Positions 12,481-24,619 of a stretch of 64,000 nucleotides of DNA are shown here, piece by piece. The notes under the pieces are model-generated. The model did not search any database. It was given only the letters and a program-made list of their open reading frames with translations, and was not told where the DNA came from. This DNA is from Mustelus asterias (Eukaryota). Within the stretch, counting starts at the first letter, position 1; each line of letters begins with the position of its first letter. The translations under genes were made by a program, and so were the position numbers. The stretch spans positions 53,382,001 through 53,446,000 of the forward strand of contig NC_135817.1 of assembly GCF_964213995.1 (NCBI RefSeq), written 5' to 3'.

Positions 12481-13005
12481 AGAAACATAGAAAAACTACA
12501 GCACAAAACAGGCCTTTTGGCCCACAAATTGTGCCAAACATATCCCTACCTTCTTGGCCTACCTATAACCCTCCATCCTATTAAGTCCCATGTACTCATC
12601 AAGGAGTCCCTTAAACGACCCTATTGAGTTTGCCTCCACCACCACTGACGGCAGCCGATTCCATTCGCCCACCACCTCTGTGTGAAAAACTTCCCCCTAA
12701 CATTTCCCCTGTACCTACCCCCCAGCACCTTAAACCTGTGTCCTCTCATAGCAGCCATTTTCACCCTGGGGAAAAGCCTCTGAGAGTCCACCCGATCTAT
12801 GCCTCTCAACATCTTATATACCTCTATTAGGTCTCCTCTCATCCTACGTCTCTCCAAGGAGAAAAGACCGAGCTCCCTCAGCCTATCCTCATAAGGCATG
12901 CCACTCAATCCAGGCAACATCCTTGTAAATCTCCTCTGCACCCTTTCAATCTTTTCCACATCCTTCCTGTAATGAGGCGACCAGAACTGAGCACAGTACT
13001 CCAAG
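12481..13005 (-). mobile_element. 5'-truncated CR1 LINE
   Basis: [32 protein letters not shown]...; tail ...tttctatgtttct. Confidence 0.95.
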
Positions 13006-13032
13006 TTGATTGAATCCAGTGAATATAAACTG

Positions 13033-13133
13033 AAAGCCAAGTGGCATGGTGACGTGGCGATTAAGATTTTGAAAGTGACTTACCCGACTCCGGAACAGCT
13101 CCAGGCGTTCAAGAACGAAGTGCAGGTTCTCAG
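13033..13133 (+). pseudogene. ARAF: Isolated RAF-kinase (most like ARAF) exon fragment, subdomains II-III
   Basis: [34 protein letters not shown] is the RAF VAxK/alphaC segment. Ends at CTCAG|GTCAGA, the conserved RAF exon boundary. No other RAF exons are in the window. Paralogue assignment rests on QVLR only. Confidence 0.8.
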
Positions 13134-13545
13134 GTCAGACGCTCGCTGTATTCCCGGCTCGGGAAGTGTCGCCGGAACTGAAATCTCAATAAGACCCCCA
13201 CTCTCAGAGTCTTGTGGCGCTGCATCCATCTTACAGGTTGGCTGCAGCAAACAACTGTCGACAGTAGGAGCAGGAGTTAGACCACTCGGCCCTTTGAGTC
13301 TGCTCCGCCATTCGCTGATGTCCTTTAGGGAAGGAAATCTGCTATCATTACCTGGTCTGGCCCACCTGTGGCTCCAGAGCCACAGCAATACGCTTGACTC
13401 TTACATGCCCGCAGAGATGGGCAACAAATGCTGGCCCAGCCAGCGACGCCCACATGCCATGACCCAAAATATGATCGTGGCTGATCTTCTACCTCAATGC
13501 CACATTCCTGCCCTCTCCCCATACTGCTGGAACCCTTTAGAACCT

Positions 13546-14131
13546 AGAAATCATGGAATAGGATCCCGACCGAGCAGAAAGAGGCCATTCAGCCCTTGGA
13601 GTCTGCACCGACAACAATCTCACCCAGGCCCTATCCCCTTAGTGTCCAAAGATGTATAGGTTGGGTGGATTGGCCATGCTGGGTTGTCCCTCAGTGTTCA
13701 AAGATGTGATGGCCCATGTGTTTACCCTGCTAATATCTAAGGGACAATTTGGCATGGCCAATCAACCTAACCTACACATCTTTGAACACTGAGGGGCAAT
13801 TTGGCATCGCCAATCAGCCTGGCCTACACATCTTTGAACACTGAGGGGGCAATTTAGCATGGCCAATCCACCTAACCTACACATCTTTGGACACTAAGGG
13901 GCAATTTACCATGGCCAATCCACTATATGTACACATCTTTGGGCACTAAGGGGCAATGTAGCATGGCCAATCCACCTAATCTGCATAACTTTGGACGATG
14001 GGAGGAAACTGCAGGAAACCCACACAGACATGGGGAGAACATGCAAACTTCACACAATCTCCTGAGGTCGGAATTGAACCCAGGTCTCTGGCGCTGCAAG
14101 GCAGCAGTGCCAACCACTGTGCCACCATGCT
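13546..14131 (-). mobile_element. HE1-like V-SINE with an expanded about 52-bp tandem array and an inverted unit
   Basis: Five copies of ctaaggggcaatttagcatggccaatccacctaacctacacatctttggaca (13737-13996), plus a reverse-oriented piece at about 13637-13708. Confidence 0.88.
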
Positions 14132-14724
14132 ACCCCCTTATCTGAGAAGATAAATCTTATCTATTTCCTTCTTAAATCCATTCAGTGACTTTGCCTCCAT
14201 AGCATTAGGTGGCAGAGAATTCTACCGGTTCATCCCCCTCTGCATGAGGACATTTTTCCACATCTCAATCCTGAGACTGTGATCGGCTTATTGTAAACCC
14301 CACCCCCACCCCCCAGCCAGCGGAAACATCATTCCTGCATCAGGCTTGAGTAATGCTTAAAAAAAAGCAAACAGTGAGACCTTTTTTTGTCAATGCTTTT
14401 CGACTTCCCGACATGTATCAGAACCAATCCGCAAGCACACCAGTGTAAGGGAAACAACTCGATGCTGTTTGAGAAGTGAACTGTGCTTGGCAGTTAACTG
14501 CCAGTCACCTTCAACTGGTGCATCCTCCTTGGCATCACCTCTACCAATCAGAGTCCGCTTGCCAACCAATCTGTCCTCTTTCGGCCTAAAGTTGTTGTTT
14601 TCCCCTCGTGGTGGCATTCTTGCGCATACAAAGTTTCGACAAGGCAAGGGTTGCTTTATGTTGACTGCAAGTTCCGTACTGCCTCGGGCATGTCTGTCCG
14701 CAGGGTTCGTGTCGAAGTGCAGCT

Positions 14725-15500
14725 GACTGGGAGACTGTTACGAACCTGTGCGTGCAAATGAGGGCGAGGAGGGAGTGGAATACAACGTGGGAAAGTGTGA
14801 GGTTATGCACTTTGGTAGGAAGAATAGAGGCATGGACTATTTTCTAAATGGGGAGTGAATTCAGAAATCAGAAGCACAAAAGGACTCGGGAATCCTCGTT
14901 CAAGATTCTCTTAAGATTAATTTGCAGGTTGAGTTGGTAGTTAGGAAGGCAAATGCAATGTTAGCATTCATTTCGAAAGGACTAGAATGCAGAAGCGGGA
15001 ATGTACTGCTGAAGCTTTATAAGGCTCTGTCAGACCACATTTGGAATATTGGGAGCAATTTTGGGTCCCGTATCTAAGGAAGGATGTGCCGGCCCTGGAG
15101 CGGGTCGAGAGGAGGTTCACGTCAATGATCCCGGGAATAAAAAGCTTGACGTATGAGGAACGTTTGAGGACTCTGGGTCTGTATGATGGGGTTTGGAAAG
15201 ATGAGGAGGGGATCCCATTGAAACTTACAGAATACTGAAAGGCCTGGATGGAGTGGACGTGGGGAAGATGTTTCCATGAGTGGGAGAGACGAGGATCCGA
15301 GGGCACAGCCTCAGAGTAAAGAGACAACACTTTAGAACCGAGATGAGGAGGAATTTCTTCAGCCAGAGAGTGGTGAATCTGTGGAAATCATTGCCACAGA
15401 TATGTGGGGGTAGGGCCTGGGTGGGTGGGATTGTGGTCGGTGCAGACTCGATGGGCCGAATGGCCTCCTTCTGAACTGTAGGGTTTCTATGATTTCTATG
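14725..15500 (+). mobile_element. CR1 LINE 3' part ending in a V-SINE-type tail
   Basis: KCEVMHFG, LEYWEQFWVPYLRKDV and FFSQRVVNLW motifs; from about 15401 the sequence matches the SINE tail. Confidence 0.88.
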
Positions 15501-17044
15501 AAAGCAGACTATGTACAGTGTGTGGACATTCCTGATAAACCCTTTGTTCTTTGACATGGGCAAACCCTTACTAAAGCAGGATCATATTGTCAGACAGAAG
15601 GATTTCCTTTTTGTCCATTTTATTGTGAGTACTTAAGTTTCTAAAGGTAGATGCAAGAGTGACAATAGACTATTAGCTTGGAAAATGCACAAGTGTGATT
15701 TGTTTAAATTACTGCCAGAGGCGTTTGGTATGTCAGAACATCACATGGAGTTCACTGATGTCCAGAGTGACATTCTCTCTATTTACATAAAACTCTACAC
15801 TTGACTGTCTTCCACTGTTGCCAAAGCATGCAAAGATCTCATGCTGTAATTCTACCATCTTTATTTGTGTGCAACCTTTTTATTTGAATAAAGTCCAAAG
15901 GACATCAAAAAACTATTGAATGAATAGTTTTACTAATTTTTTTGTACATGATTATTTGCTTTCTTCCTCCTCCCCAATTTGAATTATTTTCTCATCTGTG
16001 TTTAGTTTTGTGGATACACTCTACTTCCATTTAGCATGTACTTGGTAACTCGGTCTGAGGCACAGTTGAAATTAGAATTTCAGTGTCTTGGAAATCAGAA
16101 GTTGTGCGTTGCAGACATTAGATTTTATCTTGACGCCTGATTAGATGGAAGTTTAGGAGTGTTACGAACAGAAAGGGGATTAATTTAAACAGCCCTGATT
16201 TCTTCTCTTACTACCCAACCGTAAACAGAAAACAGTGGTGTATTTTCCCAATCCCTTCCAGTTTCAAATTATCCAATCCTCTATTAATAACCCCACAGCA
16301 AGCACCAGATAAGGTAAAATAAGAGGGTTGGTTTATTTTATACAGACAAAAAAAATGCCAAAAGGAGTTTTGCAATGTCTGCCCATTTTGCACTCGTACA
16401 TTAAAAGAGGGATATTCAAAAGAAAGGGGTACAGAACAAAGACCATGATAAAATAAGAGTTATGGTTTCACGTGAGTCCAGAGTCTAGAATTAAAAGTTC
16501 AATGGTGTATTCCTTCAGAGATTAGCAAACTGAAACTGCTGCAGAGTGGTCAGTCACCCCAGAAGGGATGATGACCCCAGTAGAAGAAGGTGGAGAGATT
16601 AATTGGTTTTAAAGGTACAGATGTAGGAGTTCTGATGTTCCAGTAGTACAGTGTAGATAAGGGCCAGTCAATTTACCTTCACTCTTTGTGCTGCTACCTG
16701 TTAGTTGGTAAAATGGTAGACTGCCTCGGTTCTGTTTCACATGGCAATATTACAGGTTCTAGCAGCTTGGGGGAGGCCATGTGACCTAACTCCCACCACT
16801 TCTGGGTTTTGAACAAAGGATTAATTTTTGCAGATCTAGAATCTTGAAAGGTATACTAGAGGAGTCAGGATCCATTGCAGACAAACTGGCTGCAATCTTC
16901 CCAAAATTACACAGTGTTGGATCAGGTGAGTGTGAAACTTATCGGCTTAACAGCCGCGTTTTCTAATCTGATTTGACAGCACTCTGAGAATTTGAGTGCT
17001 GGCAAGGATCACACAGCCAGCTGGAATGGTGAGGCCTAAACATG

Positions 17045-17739
17045 ATGTGGAGATGCCGGCGTTGGACTGGGGTAAATACAGTAAGAGTTTTAACAACACC
17101 AGGTTAAAGTCCACCAGGTTTATTTGGTAGCAAATGCCGTTAGCTTTCGGAGCGCTGCTCCTTCGTCAGATGGAGTGGAAATCTGCTCTCAAACAGGGCA
17201 CAGAGACACAAAATCAAGTTACAGAATACTGATTAGAATGCGAGTCTCTACAGCCAACCAGGTCTTAAAGATACGGACAATGTGAGTGGAGGGAGCATTA
17301 AGCACAGGTTAAAGAGATGTGTATTGTCTCCAGACAGGACAGCCAGTGAGATTCTGCAAGTCCAGAAGGCAAGCTGCGGGGGTTACTGATAGTGTGACAT
17401 AAACCCAACATCCCGGTTTAGGCCGTCCTCATGTGTGCGGAACTTGGCTATCAGTTTCTGCTCAGCGACTCTGCACCGTCGTGTGTTGTGAAGGCCGCCT
17501 TGGAGAATGCTTACCCGAAGATCAGAGGCTGAATGAACATTGTCTGTATCTTTAAGACCTCGTTGGCTGTAGAGACTCGCATTCTAATCAGTATTCTGTA
17601 ACTTGATTTTGTGTCTCTGTGCCCTGTTTGAGAGCAGATTTCCACTCCATCTGACGAAGGAGCAGCGCTCCGAAAGCCAATGGTATTTGCAACCAAATAA
17701 ACCTGTTGGACTTTAACCTGGTGTTGTTAAAATTCTTAC
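17045..17739 (-). mobile_element. Penelope-like element: 3' GIY-YIG end plus inverted pLTR, 14-bp TSD
   Basis: The - strand of 17385-17535 encodes HSASDLRVSILQGGLHNTRRCRVAEQKLIAKFRTHEDGLNRDVGFMSHYQ*. 17538-17739 is an inverted copy of 17080-17283. Flanked by gaggcctaaacatg at 17031-17044 and 17740-17753. Confidence 0.9.
17651..17677 (+). ncRNA. Minimal hammerhead ribozyme core in a Penelope pLTR (mirror copy on - at about 17143-17169)
   Basis: CTGACGA-A-GGAGC-agc-GCTCC-GAAA: both conserved core boxes around a perfect 5-bp helix II. Confidence 0.75.
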
Positions 17740-18026
17740 GAGGCCTAAACATGCCAGGAATCTGAGTTCAGGCTACCTATTTTCCAGGGTGCCCTGATCT
17801 CAAAGTTAAATTTAAGACCCTCCCTACAAACTTGAGGCAAAAAATGAGAATCAGGCCTGATTCTTTGCCTCCTGCGATATACCGGCCCTGTTTTGCTGGC
17901 AAAATCTGTTTGTGCCCATAAATGGAGTGAAGCGGATTCCAATATTTTTGACATTTTTAGCATGTCACGAGTGAGTCCCGGACACAATCATTTGGGCTCA
18001 CTTGACCTTATCTGCTCAGTGGCCAA

Positions 18027-19053
18027 GGATCATGTGGTCAAACTGGAGGCTTGTGACCAACGGTGTGCCTTAGGGATCAGTGCTGGGTCCACTGTTATTT
18101 GTCATTCATATTAATGATTTGGATGAAAATTTAGGAGGCATGGTTAGTAAGTTTGCAGATGACACCAAGATTAGTGGCATAGTGGACAGTGAAGAAGGTT
18201 ATCTAGGATTGCAACGGGATCTTGATCAATTGGGCCAGTGGGCTGATGAATGGCAGATGGAGTTTAATTTAGATAAATGTGAGGTGATGCATTTTGGTAG
18301 ATTGAACCAGGGCAGGACTTACTCAGTTAATGGTAGGGCATTGGGGAGAGTGATAGAACAAAGAGATTTAGGGGTACAGGTTTATAGCTCCTTGAAAGTG
18401 GAGTCACAGGTGGACAGAATGGTGAAGAAGGCATTCGGCATGCTTGGTTTCATTGGTCAAGAACATTGAATACAGGAGTTGGGATGTCTTGTTGAAGTTG
18501 TACAAGACATTGGTAAGGCCACACTTAGAATACTGTGTACAGTTCTGGTCACCCTATTATAGAAAGGATATTATTAAACTAAAAAGAGTGCAGAAAAGAT
18601 TTACTAGGATGCTACCAGGACTTGATGGTTTGAGTTATAAGGAGATTCTGATAGACTGGCACTCTTTTCCCTGAAGCATAGGAGACTTAGGGGTGATCTT
18701 ACAGAGGACTATAAAATAATGAGGGGCACAGATCAGTTAGATAGTCCACATCTTTTCCCAAAGGTAGGGGAACCTAAAACTAGAGGGCATAGGTTTAAGG
18801 TGAAAGGGGAGAGGTACAAAAGAGTCCAGAAAGGCGATTTTTCACACAGAGGGTGGTGAGTGTCTGATAAAAGCTGCCAGATGTAGTAGTAGAGGCGGGT
18901 ACAATTTTGTCTTTTAAAAAGCATTTAGACAGTTACATGGGTAGAATGGGTATAGAGGGATTTGGGTCAAATGTGGGAAATTGGGACTAGCTTAGTGGTT
19001 AAAAAAAAGGCGGCGTGAACAAGTTGGCCTTGTTTCCATGCTATATTGACTCT
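18027..19053 (+). mobile_element. 5'-truncated CR1 LINE (frameshifted RT C-terminus)
   Basis: GSVLGPLLFVIHINDLD...KFADDTK...DKCEVMHFG...RPHLEYCVQFWSP. Confidence 0.95.
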
Positions 19054-19054
19054 A

Positions 19055-20013
19055 CGCATGGTCACCACCAATGGGGACCAGATGTGATGGCTGCGCCATT
19101 GGGAGCAGAGGCCATTAAAGCCTCTGGGTGGTTGGGGACAGTGCCCTTGGGCCTGGCAACCCGGCAATGCCCACCTGGCACCCTGGCACCACCCACCTGG
19201 CACCCAGACACTGCTCACTGGGCAGTACTAAGGGTCGTCCTGATGTGGAGATGCTGCCGTTGGACTGGGGTAACCACAGTAAGAGTTTTAACAACACAAG
19301 GTTAAAGTCCAACAGGTTTATTTGGTAGCAAAAGCCACACAAGCTTTCGGAGCGCTGCCCTCTTGTTCTCAATCCTTTTACAAGTGGGAGCAGTTTCTCC
19401 CCAAATAAACCTGTTGGACTTTAACCTGGTGTTGTTAAAACTCTTACAGTACTAAGGGGGCAGGACCTGAGGGAGATGGGGCCTGAAGGGGGAGGGGACT
19501 GAGGGGAGAGGGGACAGAGATGGGGTGTGAGTTCCATGGGGGGGGGGGGGGGGGAGGGCAGAACTCTGCGGGGGATGAGGGTGGTGATTGGGAGTATGGA
19601 GGGTTGAACAACAGGGCCGGCAGGTGGGTAGTGGGTTTATTGGCCGGATTGGTGATCGGGGGTGGGTGGTGGTATGATTGGCCGGGGCCGAAATTCGGGA
19701 GGGGGGAGGTGATATCCAAGGTAGTGATTGTGGGGGTGGGGGTTGGTGATACCCAGCGGGGAGGTGGGGGGGATGCCCAGCGCAGGGAGAGATCGGCAAT
19801 GGCACCCCTAGAGCTCAGCAGACAGCTTCACCGGCAAGATTAGGCTCCACTCTGCCACCTACTGGTGAAAGTCGCATCCTGGCACTTATTTTTGACTAAG
19901 CACCATAAGATTGCTTTTTTTTAAACTCGTTAACTCGCCCAAAAAATGAGTCTGAAAATCTCCTGTTTTCTCAGTTGTTCAGCACTTAGAATTTCTTTGG
20001 TAAGACTGCCCCC
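19055..20013. mobile_element. GC-rich MITE related to 172-1213, in opposite orientation
   Basis: Right end reverse-complements to gggggcagtcttaccaaagaaattctaagtgctga, resembling the family terminus (ttctaagtgctga). Confidence 0.5.
19241..19446. mobile_element. Penelope pLTR inverted pair with a captured 48-nt spacer
   Basis: Same pLTR as 17045. Arms 19279-19325 and 19401-19447 are inverted. Direct repeat cagtactaaggg at 19223-19234 and 19447-19458. Confidence 0.85.
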
Positions 20014-20203
20014 AAAGCTTGTGCAAGGGTTTTTATAGGGACGTACAATCAAGGAAAACAAATGCACAATACACATATGCTATCGAAAGCCATGTTCCTA
20101 GTGAAGAAAGTTAAAGACCCTACAACAGAATGTGAAAGCTTTCAGATTCAATGTGAAGCAGCAGCTTGATATTATCTGGAACTCATCAACCCAACAGAAA
20201 TGT

Positions 20204-20414
20204 TGGCCAGGATTCTCCTGCCTCCCAGCCGTGTGTTTCCCGCCAGCGGGAGGTGGCGCATTGTTTGCGAGTGGCAGGATTCTCTGGTCCCACCGTTGCC
20301 AATGGGAATTCCCATTGATGTCACCCCACACCCGGTGGGAAACCTGCAGCCAAGGGTGCGCTGCCGGTGGGACTGGAGAATCCTGCCGGCGTGAATGGCC
20401 AGAGAATTCCAGCC
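20204..20414. mobile_element. MITE (about 210 bp)
   Basis: Termini ggccaggattctc...gagaattccagcc; same terminal type as 1364, 4461, 4883, 8723 and 9056. Confidence 0.6.
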
Positions 20415-20419
20415 ATTGA

Positions 20420-21015
20420 ATCTGACCGAGAAGCGTCTTGCTCAAATCAAGCAAAATGTCCGACTAAATACAATTCTACAAGCGTTTGCAAGAGGTAGTG
20501 ATGAAAGGTTGGCCTGAGAGCATAAAGGACACACTTATGGTCACAAGGGCATACTGGTCATGCCAGGATGAATTGACAGCCCAAGGTGGCATCTTGTACA
20601 AAGGAAATAGAATCATCATCCCTCAGGAAATGAGAGGAATGAAGGGTATCCATGTAAGCATCAAAGGAATTGACTTGAGTCTGAGAAAGGCGAGAGAAGT
20701 GCTCTACTGGCCAAACATGAGCAATGGAATTAAACACCACACTGACCAGTGCGCTGTGTGTAACGTGTACAAAGCTAAACAAGCTAGTGAGCCATTGATG
20801 AAGCATGACATCCTGACTGACCACGCATGAAACTGTGGGTTGGCTTTTTCACTTTGGCAGAAACTGATTGTGTTGTCACTGTGGACAACTATTCTAACTA
20901 CTGGGAGTAGTCTTTAATGATGACAGGGGAAATAGTAGAAGGCCTGAAAACACACTTCAGTCAGTATGGCATTACAGACATTGTGATGAACAGAAACGGC
21001 CCTCAGTTCATGAGT
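20420..21015 (+). mobile_element. Ty3/Gypsy pol remnant (integrase zinc-binding region and start of core)
   Basis: VMKGWP...YWSCQDELT...GILYKGNRIIIP...AREVLYWPNM...CAVC, then a decayed VTVDNYS...F..YGI...NGPQF. Confidence 0.8.
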
Positions 21016-21019
21016 AAAG

Positions 21020-21365
21020 GGAGGGAGCTGGACAGAATAATGGGGAGAAACTGCTCCCACTTGTAAAAGGATTGAGAACAAGAGGGCACAGACCTAAAGT
21101 GATTTGCAAAAGAAGCAAATGTGACGTGACCTTATTCACACAGCGAGTGGTTCAGGTCTGGAGTGCACTACCTGGAAGTGTGGGGAGGCAGGTTCAATCA
21201 AAGCATTCAGGAGGCATTAGATGATTATTTGAATATAAAGAATGTGCAAGCATATAGGGAAAGGGCAGGAGAATGGGATTAAGTTGTAATGCTCACTTGG
21301 AGAGCTAGTGCAGATATGATGGGCTGATTGGCCTCATCTGCGCTGTAATGATCCTGTGATTCAGT
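21020..21365 (+). mobile_element. Old CR1 3' fragment
   Basis: agagggcacag...ttcacacagcgagtggtt...gatgggctgattggcct tail. Confidence 0.75.
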
Positions 21366-21591
21366 ATAGTGAAGGGGATTGAAACTATCCTCAGCAAAGA
21401 GCAAGAGTTTAGAGGGCTGTGTTGCCTGCCCGCTGCCTGCGTTTGGGGCATTTGCTCAGGGCTGGAGAGGAACCTGCAGTTGAAGGAGGGAGGATGCAGC
21501 TGTCATGGAGCATGTAAGTACCAATTATAGACAGGATGAGGGAGGAGGTTCTGCATAGTCAGTATGAGGAGCTAGGCACCAAATTAAGAAG

Positions 21592-21968
21592 CCTCCCATC
21601 CATTGACTCTGTCTACACTTCCCACTGCCTCGGCAAAGCAGCCAGCATAATTAAGGACTCCATGCACCCCGGATATTCTCTCTTCCACCTTCTCCCTTCG
21701 GGAAAAAGATACAAAAGTCTGAGGTCACATACTAACCGACTCAAGAACAGCTTCTTCCCTGCTGCTGTCAGAGTTTTGAATGGACTTACCTTGCATTAAG
21801 TTGATCTCCCTACACCCTAGCTATGACTGTAACACTACGTTCTGCACTCTCACGTTTCCTTCTCTATGAACGGTATGTTTTGTCTATATAGCGTGCAAGA
21901 AACAATACTTTTCACTGTATGTTAATACATGTGACAATAATAAATCAAACCAAATCAAAATCAAATCA
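21592..21968 (+). mobile_element. Rex1/Babar-type LINE 3' end inserted in a CR1 ORF1 (esterase) remnant
   Basis: LPSIDSVYTSHCLGKAASIIKD..HPGYSLFHLLPSGKRYKSL...RLKNSFFPAAVRVLN; (aaatc)n tail. Confidence 0.85.
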
Positions 21969-22669
21969 GTACCTAAAGGTAATGTTACCACTGGATTGTT
22001 ACCTAAGCCACATGCAAACTGGCACAGGGCAAATAAGATTAGAGAGACGAATGTGCGGTTCAAAGACTAGAGTGGGAGAAGTGGGTTCTGGTTTGAGAAG
22101 CACTGACACCAGTACTGTGGAAAGTGGGGACTGTACCATTGGGATAATCTACACCTGAACCATGCTGGACGAGAATCCTTTCAAATTACATAACTAGAGA
22201 AAGAGAGAGGGCTTTAAACTAAAGGAGATGAGGATCATTTAGGTAGTTGTAGTAAAACAAGGGATAGATTCAAGGCGAAAGAGAAAATAGTAATATGGGA
22301 AATGAAGGTCGGAGAACAGCAGCCAGGAACAGAGATAAAACCTAAGATTACACCAGTACTCAAAATTTCCACTCCCATCTTTGAAGTTGGGAATGACGGA
22401 AGGGGTGGAGAATTGAATGGGAACCCCAAAACAGGTTTAATGCCGGCGGGATTCCCCCACTCATTTGTACCCAACTACAACCGATGGCAGAATGGGATTC
22501 CTGCCACGAAAGGTCAGGAACCCTATTACCATAATTAAATGCAATAAGCAGGCTGGCCCGCTGTATTATGCCCCCCACATTAGATGACCTCCTCCAACGG
22601 GACAGGATGTAGAGCAGGTCTTGACGAACGGAGACCTGGCAAAGGGAAGTTGTTAACTTCAGCAGGAAG

Positions 22670-23405
22670 AATAAAGAAGCTGAGTATTACTTAAAAGAAC
22701 AACGGTTGCAGCATTATGCGATGCAGAGGGATCTAAGTGTTCTCATGAGTCACAAAAAGACAGTGTGCGGGTACAGCAAGTAATTAAGAAGGCTAATGGA
22801 ATGCTATTCTTTATCATGAGAGGAGTTAAACATAAAAGTAAGAATGTTGTGCTTCGGTTTTACAGTGCATTAGTGAGACCACACCTTGAACACACTGTAT
22901 GCAGTTTTGGTCTCCTTATTTAAGTGAGGATGTAAATGTGCTGGAGGCGGTTTAGAGGCGGTTTACTAGATTGATACCTGGAATGTGCTTATCGTCTTAT
23001 AAGGAAAGATTAAAGAGACTGGGCTCATTTACACTGGAGTTTAGAAGAGTCTGGGGTGACTTAATTGAAGGAGATAAGATCCTGAATGGTATTGACAGGT
23101 TGGACATTAAAAGGATATTTCCTTTTGTGGGTAAGTCCAGAGCTAGGGGGCACTGTTTTAAAATTAGGCATCACCCTAATAGGACAGAAATTAGGAAACT
23201 TTTTTCTCTCAGACAGTTGTGCGACTTTGGAACTTTCTTCATTAGAAGACAGTGGAAGTCACTGAATGTTTTTGAGGCAGAGGTAGATGGATTCTTGTTA
23301 GAAAAGGGAATAAGAGGTTATTGGGGGTAGGTGGGAATGCGGAATTTGAAACAATAGATCAGTCATGATCTTATTGAATGGTGGACCAGGCTTGAGGGGT
23401 TGAAT
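22670..23405 (+). mobile_element. Degraded CR1 LINE 3' part
   Basis: RFTRLIPG...YKERL...GDLIE...RGHCFKI motifs and a CR1 tail. Confidence 0.85.
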
Positions 23406-23814
23406 GTGATGTTAATTACATTGAGCATTGCAGATGCTAGCTTTTATCTTAATATTGATTGGGGGTTGTTTAGGTTGGCAAATGATAAATGCCTTTTATA
23501 ACATTTTCACCATTGTGTCCACATTTTGTTATATTTTCAGTTTCTTGTAGTTGCCTGAGTAATAGGATTTCCCCATTCAGGACAATTAAACTCTGTCAAA
23601 TTTTCCTAGCATACATCCCCTGTGTTCCTGTGTAATTCTCCTATTTTAACCTGTGAGAACGCTCTGGCCAGCAGTTGGTATTTTGGAGTCAATTAGTCAA
23701 ACATAACTTTCCCACGTAACTGATTTTTAAAATCCGAAACAAAATCAAAAACATACTTTAGTATGAATCTGTGAATCTGAGTTGGAAAGATTAAAGAATA
23801 TCTGATGTTGGGTG

Positions 23815-24010
23815 GAAGGGGGAATCCAAATTTTCTGATGCTGTAATGGAGCTGGAGCTGGTGGAAAGGAGGAGAGATTTCCTGTCTACTCAGAGTAGCA
23901 GGAGGTCTTCAAGATATGAAAACAGTGGCAACAGATAGTTATGGAAGTCAATAATAGCAATCAAGTCTCAAGGATCTGAATGCTGTGCCTGAAGAAATTG
24001 AATGATCTGT
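23815..24010 (+). mobile_element. Possible Harbinger Myb/SANT-like ORF remnant
   Basis: Decayed PNFSDAVMELELVERRRD...WQQIVMEV...KKLNDL, adjacent to HARBI1-like fragments. Confidence 0.4.
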
Positions 24011-24619
24011 GTGTGTGAATGCCTCTTGTATATGATTCTGTGTAACATCTTGTTTCAAGGATGAACTTAGCTCCCACTCCTTAATGGTCTGCTTTTGTTT
24101 CCATCAGATTCATGTCATGTATAAATAGGTTCTTGATTAATAAGGGGATCAGGAGTTATGGGGAAAAGGCAGGAGAATGGGGATGAGAAAAATATCAGTC
24201 ATGATTGAATGGCGGAGCAACTCGATGGGCCGAGTGGCCTAATTCTGCTCCTATGTCTTATGGTCTTATGGTATAGTTAAGTCATGTTAGTCACTCGCCC
24301 CTTGTGGCATCTAAGGGGGATGTGTCAAGCCAGAACCTGAAATTGCATGTGGAGAGAGAAATGCTCTTTTAAGTCCTGCAGCAGACGATTGAATTATGTG
24401 TGCTCCTGTGTCTTGGAGGGTGACATCTAATGCTGTAACATCAGCACTGAGCTGTGTTCCTTGTGAGTGTGAAAGCACATGGCAAGCATTGTGTCCACTG
24501 CAAACAAGTCCAAATCACAATGGCTGCTGAAAGTGTCACGTGCTGGTGCTAAAGTCAGAACAATGTTTAGTTACCTCAGGTTGCACGCTCGTTTGCTGAC
24601 TTTCACATGGGGAAGGTAC

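Noticed and set aside
13006-13659. 217-aa ORF as a functional RAF-like gene
   Set aside because: Only about 34 aa are RAF-like; the rest runs through intron-like and SINE/LINE sequence. It has a non-ATG start and no other kinase exons.
13737-13996. CRISPR-like array
   Set aside because: Head-to-tail repeats with no unique spacers, inside a vertebrate SINE.
16160-16960. Possible LTR (similar AT-rich block at about 28990-29800)
   Set aside because: Starts TGTTAC, but no matching end, TSD or second copy could be established.
19444-19843. Pro/Gly-rich ORFs (also 323-699 and 27047-27575)
   Set aside because: Artefacts of G/C-run-rich repeat interiors.
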